NCBI GenBank assembly: GCA_965219535.1
Contig: CBDCNV010000002.1
Span: forward strand, 2,154,981-2,218,980
Source: Opitutales bacterium
GTDB taxonomy: Bacteria > Verrucomicrobiota > Verrucomicrobiia > Opitutales > PNEW01
Reading direction: 5' to 3'
DNA length: 64,000 nt
Part shown: in pieces, positions 28,288 to 36,302 of the stretch
Numbering within the stretch: position 1 is the stretch's first letter
Layout of the letters: every line of letters begins with the position of its first letter
Notes under the pieces: generated by a model
Databases searched by the model: none
What the model saw: the letters and a program-made list of their open reading frames with translations, nothing else
What the model was told of the DNA's origin: nothing
Made by a program: the position numbers and the translations under genes

Positions 28288-28469
28288 GGCTGATAAAGAG
28301 ACTTAATGATAAAATAGTTATGGAGAAGGTGCAAATTTTTCCTGGGCATTATTTATCTTCAATGAGAATAAAAACAGGATGAGGGAAAAGCTCATACATA
28401 AAACCGCCGCAGCGTCATAGCTGTCAGTGTATTTATGGGAGAGACTGAAGACGATTGTCCCAAGTGCAG

Positions 28470-28534
28470 CTAAAACCATTAACACCCGGTAACTCTCTCA
28501 CTTAATAATTGGTACGAAAAACGGGGTCCAATCA
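28470..28534 (-). mobile_element. solo terminal fragment of the IS3-family element found at 38004
   Basis: ctaaaaccattaacacccggtaactctctcacttaataattggtacgaaaaacggggtccaatca is the reverse complement of 38004-38066, differing by a 2-nt insertion and one substitution. Confidence 0.8.
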
Positions 28535-28855
28535 GTTGTTTATAGAATAGGTTTAAGACGATTGTACCCTAACTATAGCTAAGCATTCTCGAGTGCTGTG
28601 GAGTCGTGTGAGGGTTTTAATGAGCGATCAAACATCCTTTGGCACAGCTTTTATTATATCTGGATCCTCTGACTTAACTGACTTAAACATGCGCACGAAC
28701 AAAAGGGTCAAAAGGTCAAAACATTGGATGATGCAGGAGGGTTAGATTGTAATCAGCCGCCTACGCTTCACTATGGCGTTCCAAGGTGGACAGTGATCAG
28801 TTGCCGTCGTCCTACAGTGGTGAATTTAAATCTGATCACATTTGCCTCTCCTCTT

Positions 28856-29040
28856 GTCATTACGAGGCGTGCGGGAATTCATTTGAATATCCTTCTTAAA
28901 TCCTCAGAATCCTTCTCGTGAACCCCTATTGGAAAGACTTGAGTGGAGATTGGTATGAGTAGGCACAATGAATATTCGTCTGGAATGGAAGATGTCTCCC
29001 GCGACCGCGGGATCGGTAGCTTCGCCTCGCTCGCAATGAC
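28856..29040 (+). repeat. gene-less derivative of the GIY-YIG element (degenerate left arm, last ~20 codons of the nuclease gene, long right arm)
   Basis: 28900-28962 reads ILRILLVNPYWKDLSGDWYE-stop, against IALIEAENPHWKDLSGDWYS-stop in the intact gene. The right arm is 28979-29040. Confidence 0.8.
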
Positions 29041-29051
29041 AATTTAAAAAA

Positions 29052-30290
29052 ATGCATTATGTATTAAATTACTTTCGACTCCTTATATTCATCGTGGGTA
29101 TTCTATTAGGATTAGGTATGGGCAGGAATGACGAGTCTAAGTCAGAGAATAATAGAGTAAATCCTTCTAATGCAGAGGACGATCTTACACCGGTCCACGC
29201 AAAAGTTCCCGGTGTCGTTATTAATTATTCTCCCGCGTCTACGAGAGAATTCATTGGTTCTCCCAGCATCGCAGTTCTTCCCAACGGCCATTATGTAGCA
29301 TCGCACGACTTCTTTTACCCACGCGAAAGGATGACCCGAACGAAGCGCCCGACAATCGTTATCTACGGGTCGGAAGACAGAGGTGAAACCTGGAAACAAC
29401 TATCCAGATTCAAAGGGCAGTTCTGGTCGACCTTATTTGTTTATGAAGAAGCGCTCTATCTTTTTGGCGCCAGTAGGGAATATGGTTACGTGGTAATCCA
29501 AAAATCTGAGAACGGAGGGAAAACTTGGACGAAGCCTAAAGATGGAAAGAGCGGTCTTATCAAAGACGATGCTAAACACCAAAGCACACCGTTCCCCCCT
29601 GTGATCCACGACGGAAGAATCTGGAAGGCATTTGAGCAGGTGGGGGATTTAAAGATGTCCCGTAAAGATATATTTGATAATAAAGGGGATTGGAGATCGT
29701 TCGTCATGTCCGCGCCCGTCGATGCGAACTTGCTCAACGCTGAGAATTGGCGTGTAAGCGAACTACTCCATCATGAGCAGCCAAATTTCATGTGGCTTGA
29801 AGGAAACATCGTAGTAACGCCTGAAGGCAGGTTAATAAACATCTTACGCATGAATGATCTTAAATGGGCCAGCTACGATAAGGCGGCGGTCGTGCACGTT
29901 TCGGATGACGGCATGGAGCTCTCGTTCGATCCCGAGACGGACATTATTAACTTCCCGGGTGGCGGAGCAAAATTCACACTTCATTATGATGAGAAAAGCA
30001 ATCGCTACTGGTCCATCGGCAATAAACAAACAAACCCCAAGGCGCGACGCAACGTCCTCGTGCTCACCTCTTCGTCCGATTTGAAGAACTGGAAAATAGA
30101 GAAGACTCTCCTGCAACATCACGATGAAGAAAAACACGCCTGGCAGTACGTAGACTGGTTGTTTGATGATGATGATATCATCGCAGTTTCAAGAACAGCT
30201 TATGACGATGGTCTCGGTGGCGCCTACAACCATCATGACGCAAACTATCTTACTTTTCATCGCATAAAAAACTTCCGTGAGAATGAATAA
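29052..30290 (+). CDS. BNR/Asp-box beta-propeller protein (sialidase-like), secreted
   Basis: 412 aa with a signal/anchor segment and Asp boxes SEDRGETW and SENGGKTW. Confidence 0.8.
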   Translation: MHYVLNYFRLLIFIVGILLGLGMGRNDESKSENNRVNPSNAEDDLTPVHAKVPGVVINYSPASTREFIGSPSIAVLPNGHYVASHDFFYPRERMTRTKRPTIVIYGSEDRGETWKQLSRFKGQFWSTLFVYEEALYLFGASREYGYVVIQKSENGGKTWTKPKDGKSGLIKDDAKHQSTPFPPVIHDGRIWKAFEQVGDLKMSRKDIFDNKGDWRSFVMSAPVDANLLNAENWRVSELLHHEQPNFMWLEGNIVVTPEGRLINILRMNDLKWASYDKAAVVHVSDDGMELSFDPETDIINFPGGGAKFTLHYDEKSNRYWSIGNKQTNPKARRNVLVLTSSSDLKNWKIEKTLLQHHDEEKHAWQYVDWLFDDDDIIAVSRTAYDDGLGGAYNHHDANYLTFHRIKNFRENE

Positions 30291-30570
30291 GATTCATCAC
30301 GAAACTGAAAATAGATCACTAATCAATAGGATTTGCCCTATAGAAGAATTAAAACATGACAGACTGCAGAGCAAATCGCTGAAGCCGAACGAAGAGCCGA
30401 GGATTGGCTGAGTAAGCACCAGTGATCGGACCCCGTTATTCGAACCAGTTTAAGTGAGAGAAGTACCAAGTGTTAACGGATTATTGACCTGTCCCCATAA
30501 AACTGGACCAGCAAAGATTTAGTCTGGCATGGGTGGAAAACCTAATAAAAAATAGGAGAAAGAACCACCC

Positions 30571-30871
30571 ATGAAAAGCAAAGGTTCACGAGGCATAGCC
30601 GAGAAGGCCTGACAAACGATATAATAAAGAACAAATCATCTATGCCCTAAGGCAGGTAGAAGGCGGACGAAGGATTGCCGAAGTGTGCCGAGAGTTAGGC
30701 GTGAGCGAACAGACCTACCACCGATGGAAGGGTAAATACGCGGGCATGGGAATGAGCGAATTAAGACGGCTGAAGCAACTCGATGAAGAGAACGCCAGTT
30801 TGAAGAAGCTGGTAGCTGATCTGAGCCTGGACAAGCACATGCTGCAGGAAGTAATCGCAAAAAAATTATAA
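30571..30871 (+). pseudogene. IS3-family transposase OrfA (HTH), interrupted after codon 2 by a 37-nt segment
   Basis: A Shine-Dalgarno sequence (aggag) and the ATG at 30571 lead to a TGA at 30610. The conserved frame KRYNKEQIIYALRQVEGG... starts at 30614 with no start codon of its own. Confidence 0.7.
30859..30865 (+). promoter_or_regulatory. A7 programmed -1 frameshift site between OrfA and OrfB
   Basis: In gcAAAAAAAtta the -1 frame continues as KKIIKPVRKKVIADWL into OrfB. Confidence 0.75.
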
Positions 30872-30876
30872 AGCCT

Positions 30877-31743
30877 GTGCGCAAGAAGGTGATTGCTGAC
30901 TGGTTAGTGGAAGCTTATGAGGTGAGCAAACGCCGCGCGTGCAGGCTGATGAAGTTGTATTGGTCGAGTTATAACTACCAGCCGGTGAAGAAGGACGAAC
31001 GTGCGCTGATCATGCGCATCCGTGACCTCGCCGCAGCGCGCGTGCGCTACGGGTATCGGCGAATCACGGTGTTATTAAAGCGGGAAGGCTGGACGGTAGG
31101 AAAGAAACGCGTTTATCGTATCTACAAGGCCGAAGGGCTGGAAGTGCGCACGAAGAAACGAAAGAAGCGTGCCGCGCAAAGACGGGTCTCACTGCCCGCG
31201 GCTTCAGCAGCCCAGGAGCGCTGGTCGATGGACTTTATGAGCGATCGGCTGACCAACGGCCGCCCCTTCCGCATACTCACCGTTGTCGATCAATACACCC
31301 GAGCTTGCCCACTGCTTTTGGTCGATACGTCCATCGGTGGGCACAAAGTCGCTGCAGCACTTATGAAAGCCGCTGCAGGAATCGGTCTTCCCCAAACCAT
31401 TACCGTCGATAATGGGCCCGAGTTTTCCGGCAAAGTACTGGATGAATGGGCTTATGGCCATGACATCAAGCTGGATTTTATCCGGCCAGGTAAACCCGTA
31501 GAGAATGGTTATATTGAGAGTTTCAATGGACGCTTACGAGATGAACTTCTTAACACCGAGCTATTTTGTACGCTCGCTGAAGCGAAAGAAAAACTTGAAG
31601 CCTGGCGGCTTGATTATAATACTCAAAGACCACACAGTTCTCTGGGCTATCGGCCTCCGGCCGAATACGCCCAGAGAGCCATGTCTAAGAAAATTAAAAC
31701 CCATACCACCCTGCCGGAACTAACACTTGCTCTGGTACAGTAA
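30877..31743 (+). CDS. IS3-family transposase OrfB (DDE/rve integrase core)
   Basis: WSMDF...DNGPEF...NGYIESFNGRLRDE catalytic-core motifs. Confidence 0.9.
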   Translation: MRKKVIADWLVEAYEVSKRRACRLMKLYWSSYNYQPVKKDERALIMRIRDLAAARVRYGYRRITVLLKREGWTVGKKRVYRIYKAEGLEVRTKKRKKRAAQRRVSLPAASAAQERWSMDFMSDRLTNGRPFRILTVVDQYTRACPLLLVDTSIGGHKVAAALMKAAAGIGLPQTITVDNGPEFSGKVLDEWAYGHDIKLDFIRPGKPVENGYIESFNGRLRDELLNTELFCTLAEAKEKLEAWRLDYNTQRPHSSLGYRPPAEYAQRAMSKKIKTHTTLPELTLALVQ

Positions 31744-31811
31744 ACGGGAGCAGGTCATTATCCCGATAACCTTTCACTGTAAATGATACGATTTTTGGGG
31801 TCACTCCACAG

Positions 31812-32672
31812 CTAATTCGATGGTAGATCGATGGCCCCTTTTTCCTGAAGCCAGTTAATCCACTGTTGTCGTTTCGGGCTTTTCTCAGGATTTGCTAACC
31901 AGTGAGGGTGATACTGCGGATCGTCAGGTTCGTTTCTGATTCTTATATTTCTATTCGCTTCCAGCATCTTTTGCATCGACTTTTTTTCTTCCGTAGTCCT
32001 GGGATTTCCTTGGAAGGTGCAGCCGACAACCCGGCGGTCTTTTGATCCTTTCCATGTGGCATGCCAAAGTCTTCCGTGAAAGAGAATGACATCGCCCGGT
32101 TCTGATTTACACACATGGGCGGGAATATCATTTAATCCCAGACCGGATTTTTTCAAATAGGAATTATCCGACCCCGGTCCTTCATTGGATCCTTTCAACC
32201 CGATTCTGTGGAGTTCATCGTGAAAAGGGCTTAAGTGAGAACCGGGGATAACACGCAGCGCTCCGCTGTTTTCATCTAGTGGCTGCAAATATAAATGAAA
32301 TTTAGCTGATCGACAATTAGGATCATCGGTATCTGGATGCCAGGGAGTGCGGTCACCCGAGAAGTGATTGGCCGTTGAAAACAAAGCGACTGCATCCTCG
32401 GCCAGGAGTTGCTCAGCTGTACCGCATATTCGTGGATCTTCTGGTAATTTTGCGAGGTAAGGAGTTTCAGGACCCAGGTTAGACCAATTTAATTGTCCGC
32501 GTGCGCCTCGTGGTTTGTTATCTTTTTCTAATTTAATCTTAAAGCCTATTTCATATTCATCGTTAATTATATTAAGATCATCGGAGCCGAACGCACCTCG
32601 TAGAAGAAGAAATCCAAAGGTTTTAAAATGTTCTATCTGTTGCTCTGTCAAAATTTTCTTTTCCTTTATCAT
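31812..32672 (-). CDS. PhyH family Fe(II)/2-oxoglutarate oxygenase
   Basis: The start MIKEKKILTEQQIEHFKTFGFLLLRGAF at 32672 is preferred. Motifs WHPDTDD, RVIPGSH, LWHAT. The stop lies immediately next to the CAG target duplication of the adjacent MITE. Confidence 0.85.
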   Translation of the reverse strand: MIKEKKILTEQQIEHFKTFGFLLLRGAFGSDDLNIINDEYEIGFKIKLEKDNKPRGARGQLNWSNLGPETPYLAKLPEDPRICGTAEQLLAEDAVALFSTANHFSGDRTPWHPDTDDPNCRSAKFHLYLQPLDENSGALRVIPGSHLSPFHDELHRIGLKGSNEGPGSDNSYLKKSGLGLNDIPAHVCKSEPGDVILFHGRLWHATWKGSKDRRVVGCTFQGNPRTTEEKKSMQKMLEANRNIRIRNEPDDPQYHPHWLANPEKSPKRQQWINWLQEKGAIDLPSN

Positions 32673-32773
32673 CAATAGATAAGTTAGAAATAGGTGCCTT
32701 CTTAGTCGAGTACTTTCTATAATGAAGAGTCTGGCCACCGCACTGAGCTTAGTCGAAGGGAACCCTCTTCTCC

Positions 32774-32805
32774 TTTTTACCTTTTGACTTTTTTACCTTT
32801 TGACT
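32774..32805. repeat. perfect 16-bp tandem duplication (tttttaccttttgact x2)
   Basis: Read directly. Lies in the divergent region between the PhyH genes at 32672 and 32867. Confidence 0.9.
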
Positions 32806-32824
32806 CTAATCAATCCGCAATCGA

Positions 32825-32852
32825 CTACCGAGGGCAAAGCCCGACATCTCCC
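32825..32852 (+). repeat. core fragment of the arm family (ctaccgagggcaaagcccgacatctccc)
   Basis: Matches the ctaccgag...cgacatcttcc core of the long arms. Ends 15 nt upstream of the PhyH start codon. Confidence 0.65.
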
Positions 32853-32866
32853 AATCTGAAATCGAT

Positions 32867-33718
32867 ATGTCTCAGCGTTTTGAATCCAACTACCCACTCG
32901 ATCCCGAACAGATTAAGGAATGGGTGGACACCTTTAACCGCCAGGGGTTTCTTTTCCTGGAAAATGTTCTGACCGAGGATCATGTAGCCCAGTTGAAAGC
33001 TGATCTCGACTGGTCAATTGACAATATCACTTCAGTCGACGACGACCCCTATGGCAAACTCAGCAGTCGAAATTCAGTAAAAAATATCTGCCTCTGCCAT
33101 CGAATGTTTGAACATAGTCAGGCCAACCTTAACCTCTTCGACCTCGAGCCTATTGTCAGCTTTGCTGAAGCCTTGGTTGCTACCAACAGCCATGTCATTC
33201 ACAACAACTCATGCCATGTCATTAACAATAACTCATTTATCACATATCCGGGTGGTGGTATCACAAGCTGGCACCAGGATGATCCTCCACATATGATCGT
33301 TACCGATGGAGAACCGCCAACGAATATTCAGCTGCCTGTTCTCGCTTTTACCTGCAATTACTATTTAACAGATGTCACTGAAGTTGAACAAGGCGGGACT
33401 GAACTCATTCCAGGTTCTCACCTCTTTGGCGCTGATGCGCGCAAGGCGGATTTCAATGGAGAATGGAAGGACAAAATTCACTATAACTTGGGTAAAGCCG
33501 GAAGCGTGATCATGTTCAACAACCAGGTCTGGCACCGTGGAGGCCCCAATCGCACCAATAGAAAACGTTATATTACCCTAATTACATACGCCCGCCGCTT
33601 TACCGGACACAAATATTTCCCTTTCATGAATTATACGATGCCCGAGCATGTCTACAAGGACGCGAATCCTCGGCTCAAACGCCTCCTCGGCTTCCTCGAA
33701 CACGGCGCTTACGGGTAG
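32867..33718 (+). CDS. PhyH family Fe(II)/2-oxoglutarate oxygenase
   Basis: WHQDD, LIPGSH, VWHRGGPN. Contains an in-frame 24-bp tandem duplication at 33189-33236. Confidence 0.85.
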   Translation: MSQRFESNYPLDPEQIKEWVDTFNRQGFLFLENVLTEDHVAQLKADLDWSIDNITSVDDDPYGKLSSRNSVKNICLCHRMFEHSQANLNLFDLEPIVSFAEALVATNSHVIHNNSCHVINNNSFITYPGGGITSWHQDDPPHMIVTDGEPPTNIQLPVLAFTCNYYLTDVTEVEQGGTELIPGSHLFGADARKADFNGEWKDKIHYNLGKAGSVIMFNNQVWHRGGPNRTNRKRYITLITYARRFTGHKYFPFMNYTMPEHVYKDANPRLKRLLGFLEHGAYG

Positions 33719-33851
33719 GGAGAGAAAGCCGGAAGACCGGAAAGCCAGAGCGTTGGAGTGAAAAAGGTTCACCGTTCAAGGGTTCTTCACTGATTCTCCG
33801 ACACCTGACACCCAATGCACTCTCCTCACCTGAAATGGCATGGGGAAGTGG

Positions 33852-34640
33852 TTATATTTTCGCACCATGCTCAACGAGGCTTTCCACCAGTCCCCGGATT
33901 CGTGCACTGTCGCTTTTAATAAACGCTTGATGGGGCCGGAATATTCTTCTGTCTGATTTATAACGCAGCAATGTGGCGATGTCTTCATCATTCTTAATCC
34001 TCGCCCCGAATTTCAGTGCAATGTAGCGGCGTTCATTTTCTAAATTGTCAAACACCGAATGCAACAAACACTGATTGAAGAATATTACATCACCGGGATT
34101 GGATTCAAAAGGATAAGCGGGAATTGACGGCTCATCCACTCCGTAGGGTTTTCCCCTGACTTTATTTTCCCCGTAGTAAAGCGGTTTGAGCATCTCGTGA
34201 AAGGGCGCTCGATGAGAACCCGGAATTACACGCAGGGAACAGGTTTCTTTCGTCGTTGGATCGAGATATAAATGAACCTTGATTGTCATATAATTGAGTT
34301 CGTTGCGACCTTGTCTGTCCGCATGCCAGGAGGTTTGGCTGCGGCCACAAACCCCTTCGGACCCGGTCCAGATAAAACCTTGCCCGAGTAATTGTTCGAT
34401 CGTCTCGTAGATGCGGTCATCCTCAACCAGCTTAGTCAATTCGGGATCTTTCTCGATAAAATAATCGACGACCTTGGTCACATTTTTCCCATCGCCAGAA
34501 TCTATGATTCGACCATTTTCTCTCTCCGACATATACTCATAGCGGCTTATCATCTTCTCCATTTCCTCAGGTGAAAATGCCTGCCGCAATACGAGAAAAC
34601 CAAAGGTTTCGAAGTGCGCTATCTGTTCTGGAGTCAACAT
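33852..34640 (-). CDS. PhyH family Fe(II)/2-oxoglutarate oxygenase
   Basis: MLTPEQIAHFETFGFLVLRQAF, WHADRQG, RVIPGSH. Confidence 0.85.
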   Translation of the reverse strand: MLTPEQIAHFETFGFLVLRQAFSPEEMEKMISRYEYMSERENGRIIDSGDGKNVTKVVDYFIEKDPELTKLVEDDRIYETIEQLLGQGFIWTGSEGVCGRSQTSWHADRQGRNELNYMTIKVHLYLDPTTKETCSLRVIPGSHRAPFHEMLKPLYYGENKVRGKPYGVDEPSIPAYPFESNPGDVIFFNQCLLHSVFDNLENERRYIALKFGARIKNDEDIATLLRYKSDRRIFRPHQAFIKSDSARIRGLVESLVEHGAKI

Positions 34641-34709
34641 GATGAAATATTTATAAATATTTCAGTGTTAGGTGTTAAGTTTTAAGGGCACACATAATCA
34701 GGGTACAAC

Positions 34710-36066
34710 CAGGACATGGTTTACAGATTTAGATCAAGACATGGTTTACACTTTGTGAGGGATGCTGAACGGTAATCGGGTTATATAGTTAAGTTAATGT
34801 TATGCGGTTTTAGAGGTTTGGCTGGCATTGTTGGGGCCGCAAGCGGCCCCAATGAAAGCAGCCGTTGAAAGGTCAATCTGACCGATTCTGAGAGTGGCAA
34901 AGTAAACATCGAAGTGTACCGTGTCTAGTGGTTTTAGTCCAACGCTCCAACCGGCGAGGGCGGTGGAGATAGGAATCTGGAAGCCATCGAGTTTGATAGA
35001 CCCGCTTTTTGAGACCCGGCGAGTCATCAAATCATAGCTGATATCGGCAGGAGTGCCACCGTAAGGATGAGAGCTGTGCTGATAGATTTCAGAGGGCGTG
35101 CTCATGGCAAGAGCCGCATGGGGGCGTTCTTCATTGAAGGTCTTGCGCCACAGATCGAAGGCCACCTGTTGGGTGCGAAGATCGTCCTGGGCATGTTTTT
35201 GCAACTCCTCTTTGATATCGCGATGGAGACGCTCATGGGCACCGTTATCCTGGGGTTTACCCGGACGTCCACGCTCGAGATTGATCCCTAAGGCCAGCCA
35301 CCAGGCCGCCAGTTTGCTCAGGCCCAGGACCGCATTGGCACTGGCAAAGGGACTGCCGTTGTCGCTGCGGATGCAAGCGGGAAGTCCATAGCGTTCAAAG
35401 AGTTTTGTGAAGCATTCACGCACCGCTTCGCTACGGGCTGAACTGAGCACCCGCACCTCTAATACATAGCGGCTCCATTCATCCCGTACCGTCAAAGGTT
35501 CACAACGGTTGCCATCAACGGTGTGCCACCACCCTTTGAAGTCTACGCTCCACACTTCGTTACAGCCACTGGCCTTGACGCTGCGGTAAAGGCGTCCGCT
35601 TTTTTGAGCGCTTCTGCGCCGACGCTTTTGCACCAGTCCCGCACGTTCCAAGACCCGTTTCACGCTCGAGTCTGAGGGGGCCTTCCCGTAACGCCTCTGG
35701 TAAAGCTCGCGGATCTTGTAGGGGCCCCACGTCGGGTGATGATGCTTGAGTTTGATCAGCGTACATACTACTGATTCGGATAGTTCCTGAACACTTCCAT
35801 GCGGTCGGCGTGAGCGCTCGTGCAACCCCTCCATCCCTTCGCTCAGGAAGCGCTTCTTCCATTTATACCCTGTCGGTCGGCTGATCCCGTAGTCTTCACA
35901 CAGCTCGTTCATCTTTACTCCCGGTTGCATCGATTCCAGGGCGAATTGGTATCTTTGGTCCATTTTATTTGTTTCCTTCCATGACATCATACCCCTTACT
36001 TAGCATCCTTCTTTCTTTGGCAATCTGTAAAGGATGTCCTGAACCTTTTGTGTAAAGAATGTCTTG
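34710..36066 (-). mobile_element. IS481-family insertion sequence; exact ends ambiguous
   Basis: Single DDE transposase gene. 17-bp repeats caRgacatNNtttacaS occur twice at each end (34710, 34735, 36025, 36050). Confidence 0.75.
34800..35990 (-). CDS. IS481-family DDE transposase
   Basis: N-terminal HTH (ISRPTGYKWKKRF), rve core WSVDFKG...SDNGSPF...QDNGAHERLHRDIK. Confidence 0.85.
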   Translation of the reverse strand: MMSWKETNKMDQRYQFALESMQPGVKMNELCEDYGISRPTGYKWKKRFLSEGMEGLHERSRRPHGSVQELSESVVCTLIKLKHHHPTWGPYKIRELYQRRYGKAPSDSSVKRVLERAGLVQKRRRRSAQKSGRLYRSVKASGCNEVWSVDFKGWWHTVDGNRCEPLTVRDEWSRYVLEVRVLSSARSEAVRECFTKLFERYGLPACIRSDNGSPFASANAVLGLSKLAAWWLALGINLERGRPGKPQDNGAHERLHRDIKEELQKHAQDDLRTQQVAFDLWRKTFNEERPHAALAMSTPSEIYQHSSHPYGGTPADISYDLMTRRVSKSGSIKLDGFQIPISTALAGWSVGLKPLDTVHFDVYFATLRIGQIDLSTAAFIGAACGPNNASQTSKTA

Positions 36067-36210
36067 AACCTATACCTCAGGGTCAAACGTAGAATTTAAA
36101 TATACTCTGTAACGGGTCTCAGTAGTCGATTGATTCATGATGCATGCTGCAGTATTCAGGATGTCATGGGGTAGGGGGTCGGATTGCAGAATGTACGAAA
36201 CCGACATTCC

Positions 36211-36271
36211 CCTGGAGTGGAAGATGTCGCTGCGCTCGGTAGCCACGGCTGACAAGCAGCCTAGCGATGAC
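36211..36271 (-). repeat. solo long arm of the gtcattgcgagg family
   Basis: cctggagtggaagatgtcgctgcgctcggtagccacggctgacaagcagcctagcgatgac. Confidence 0.75.
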
Positions 36272-36302
36272 AAGGTATTTCAATCGAAAAACGGCAATCG
36301 TA

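Larger units (their letters stand above)
30485..31757 (+). mobile_element. IS3-family insertion sequence (IS407-like), 1273 bp
   Basis: Terminal inverted repeats tgacctgtcccc (30485) and gggagcaggtca (ending 31757). 4-bp direct repeat TTAT at 30481-30484 and 31758-31761. OrfA/OrfB with an A7 slippery site. Confidence 0.85.
30423..31808. mobile_element. 109-bp MITE derived from the IS3-family element at 38004, split by a nested IS (arms 30423-30484 and 31758-31808)
   Basis: The arms match both ends of 38004-39306. A 3-bp direct repeat CAG flanks it at 30420-30422 and 31809-31811. Confidence 0.8.

Noticed and set aside
33719-33851. Looked for a bidirectional terminator hairpin between the convergent PhyH genes.
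   Set aside because: Only a 6-bp stem (agtgaa/ttcact) with a large loop was found, which is not convincing.
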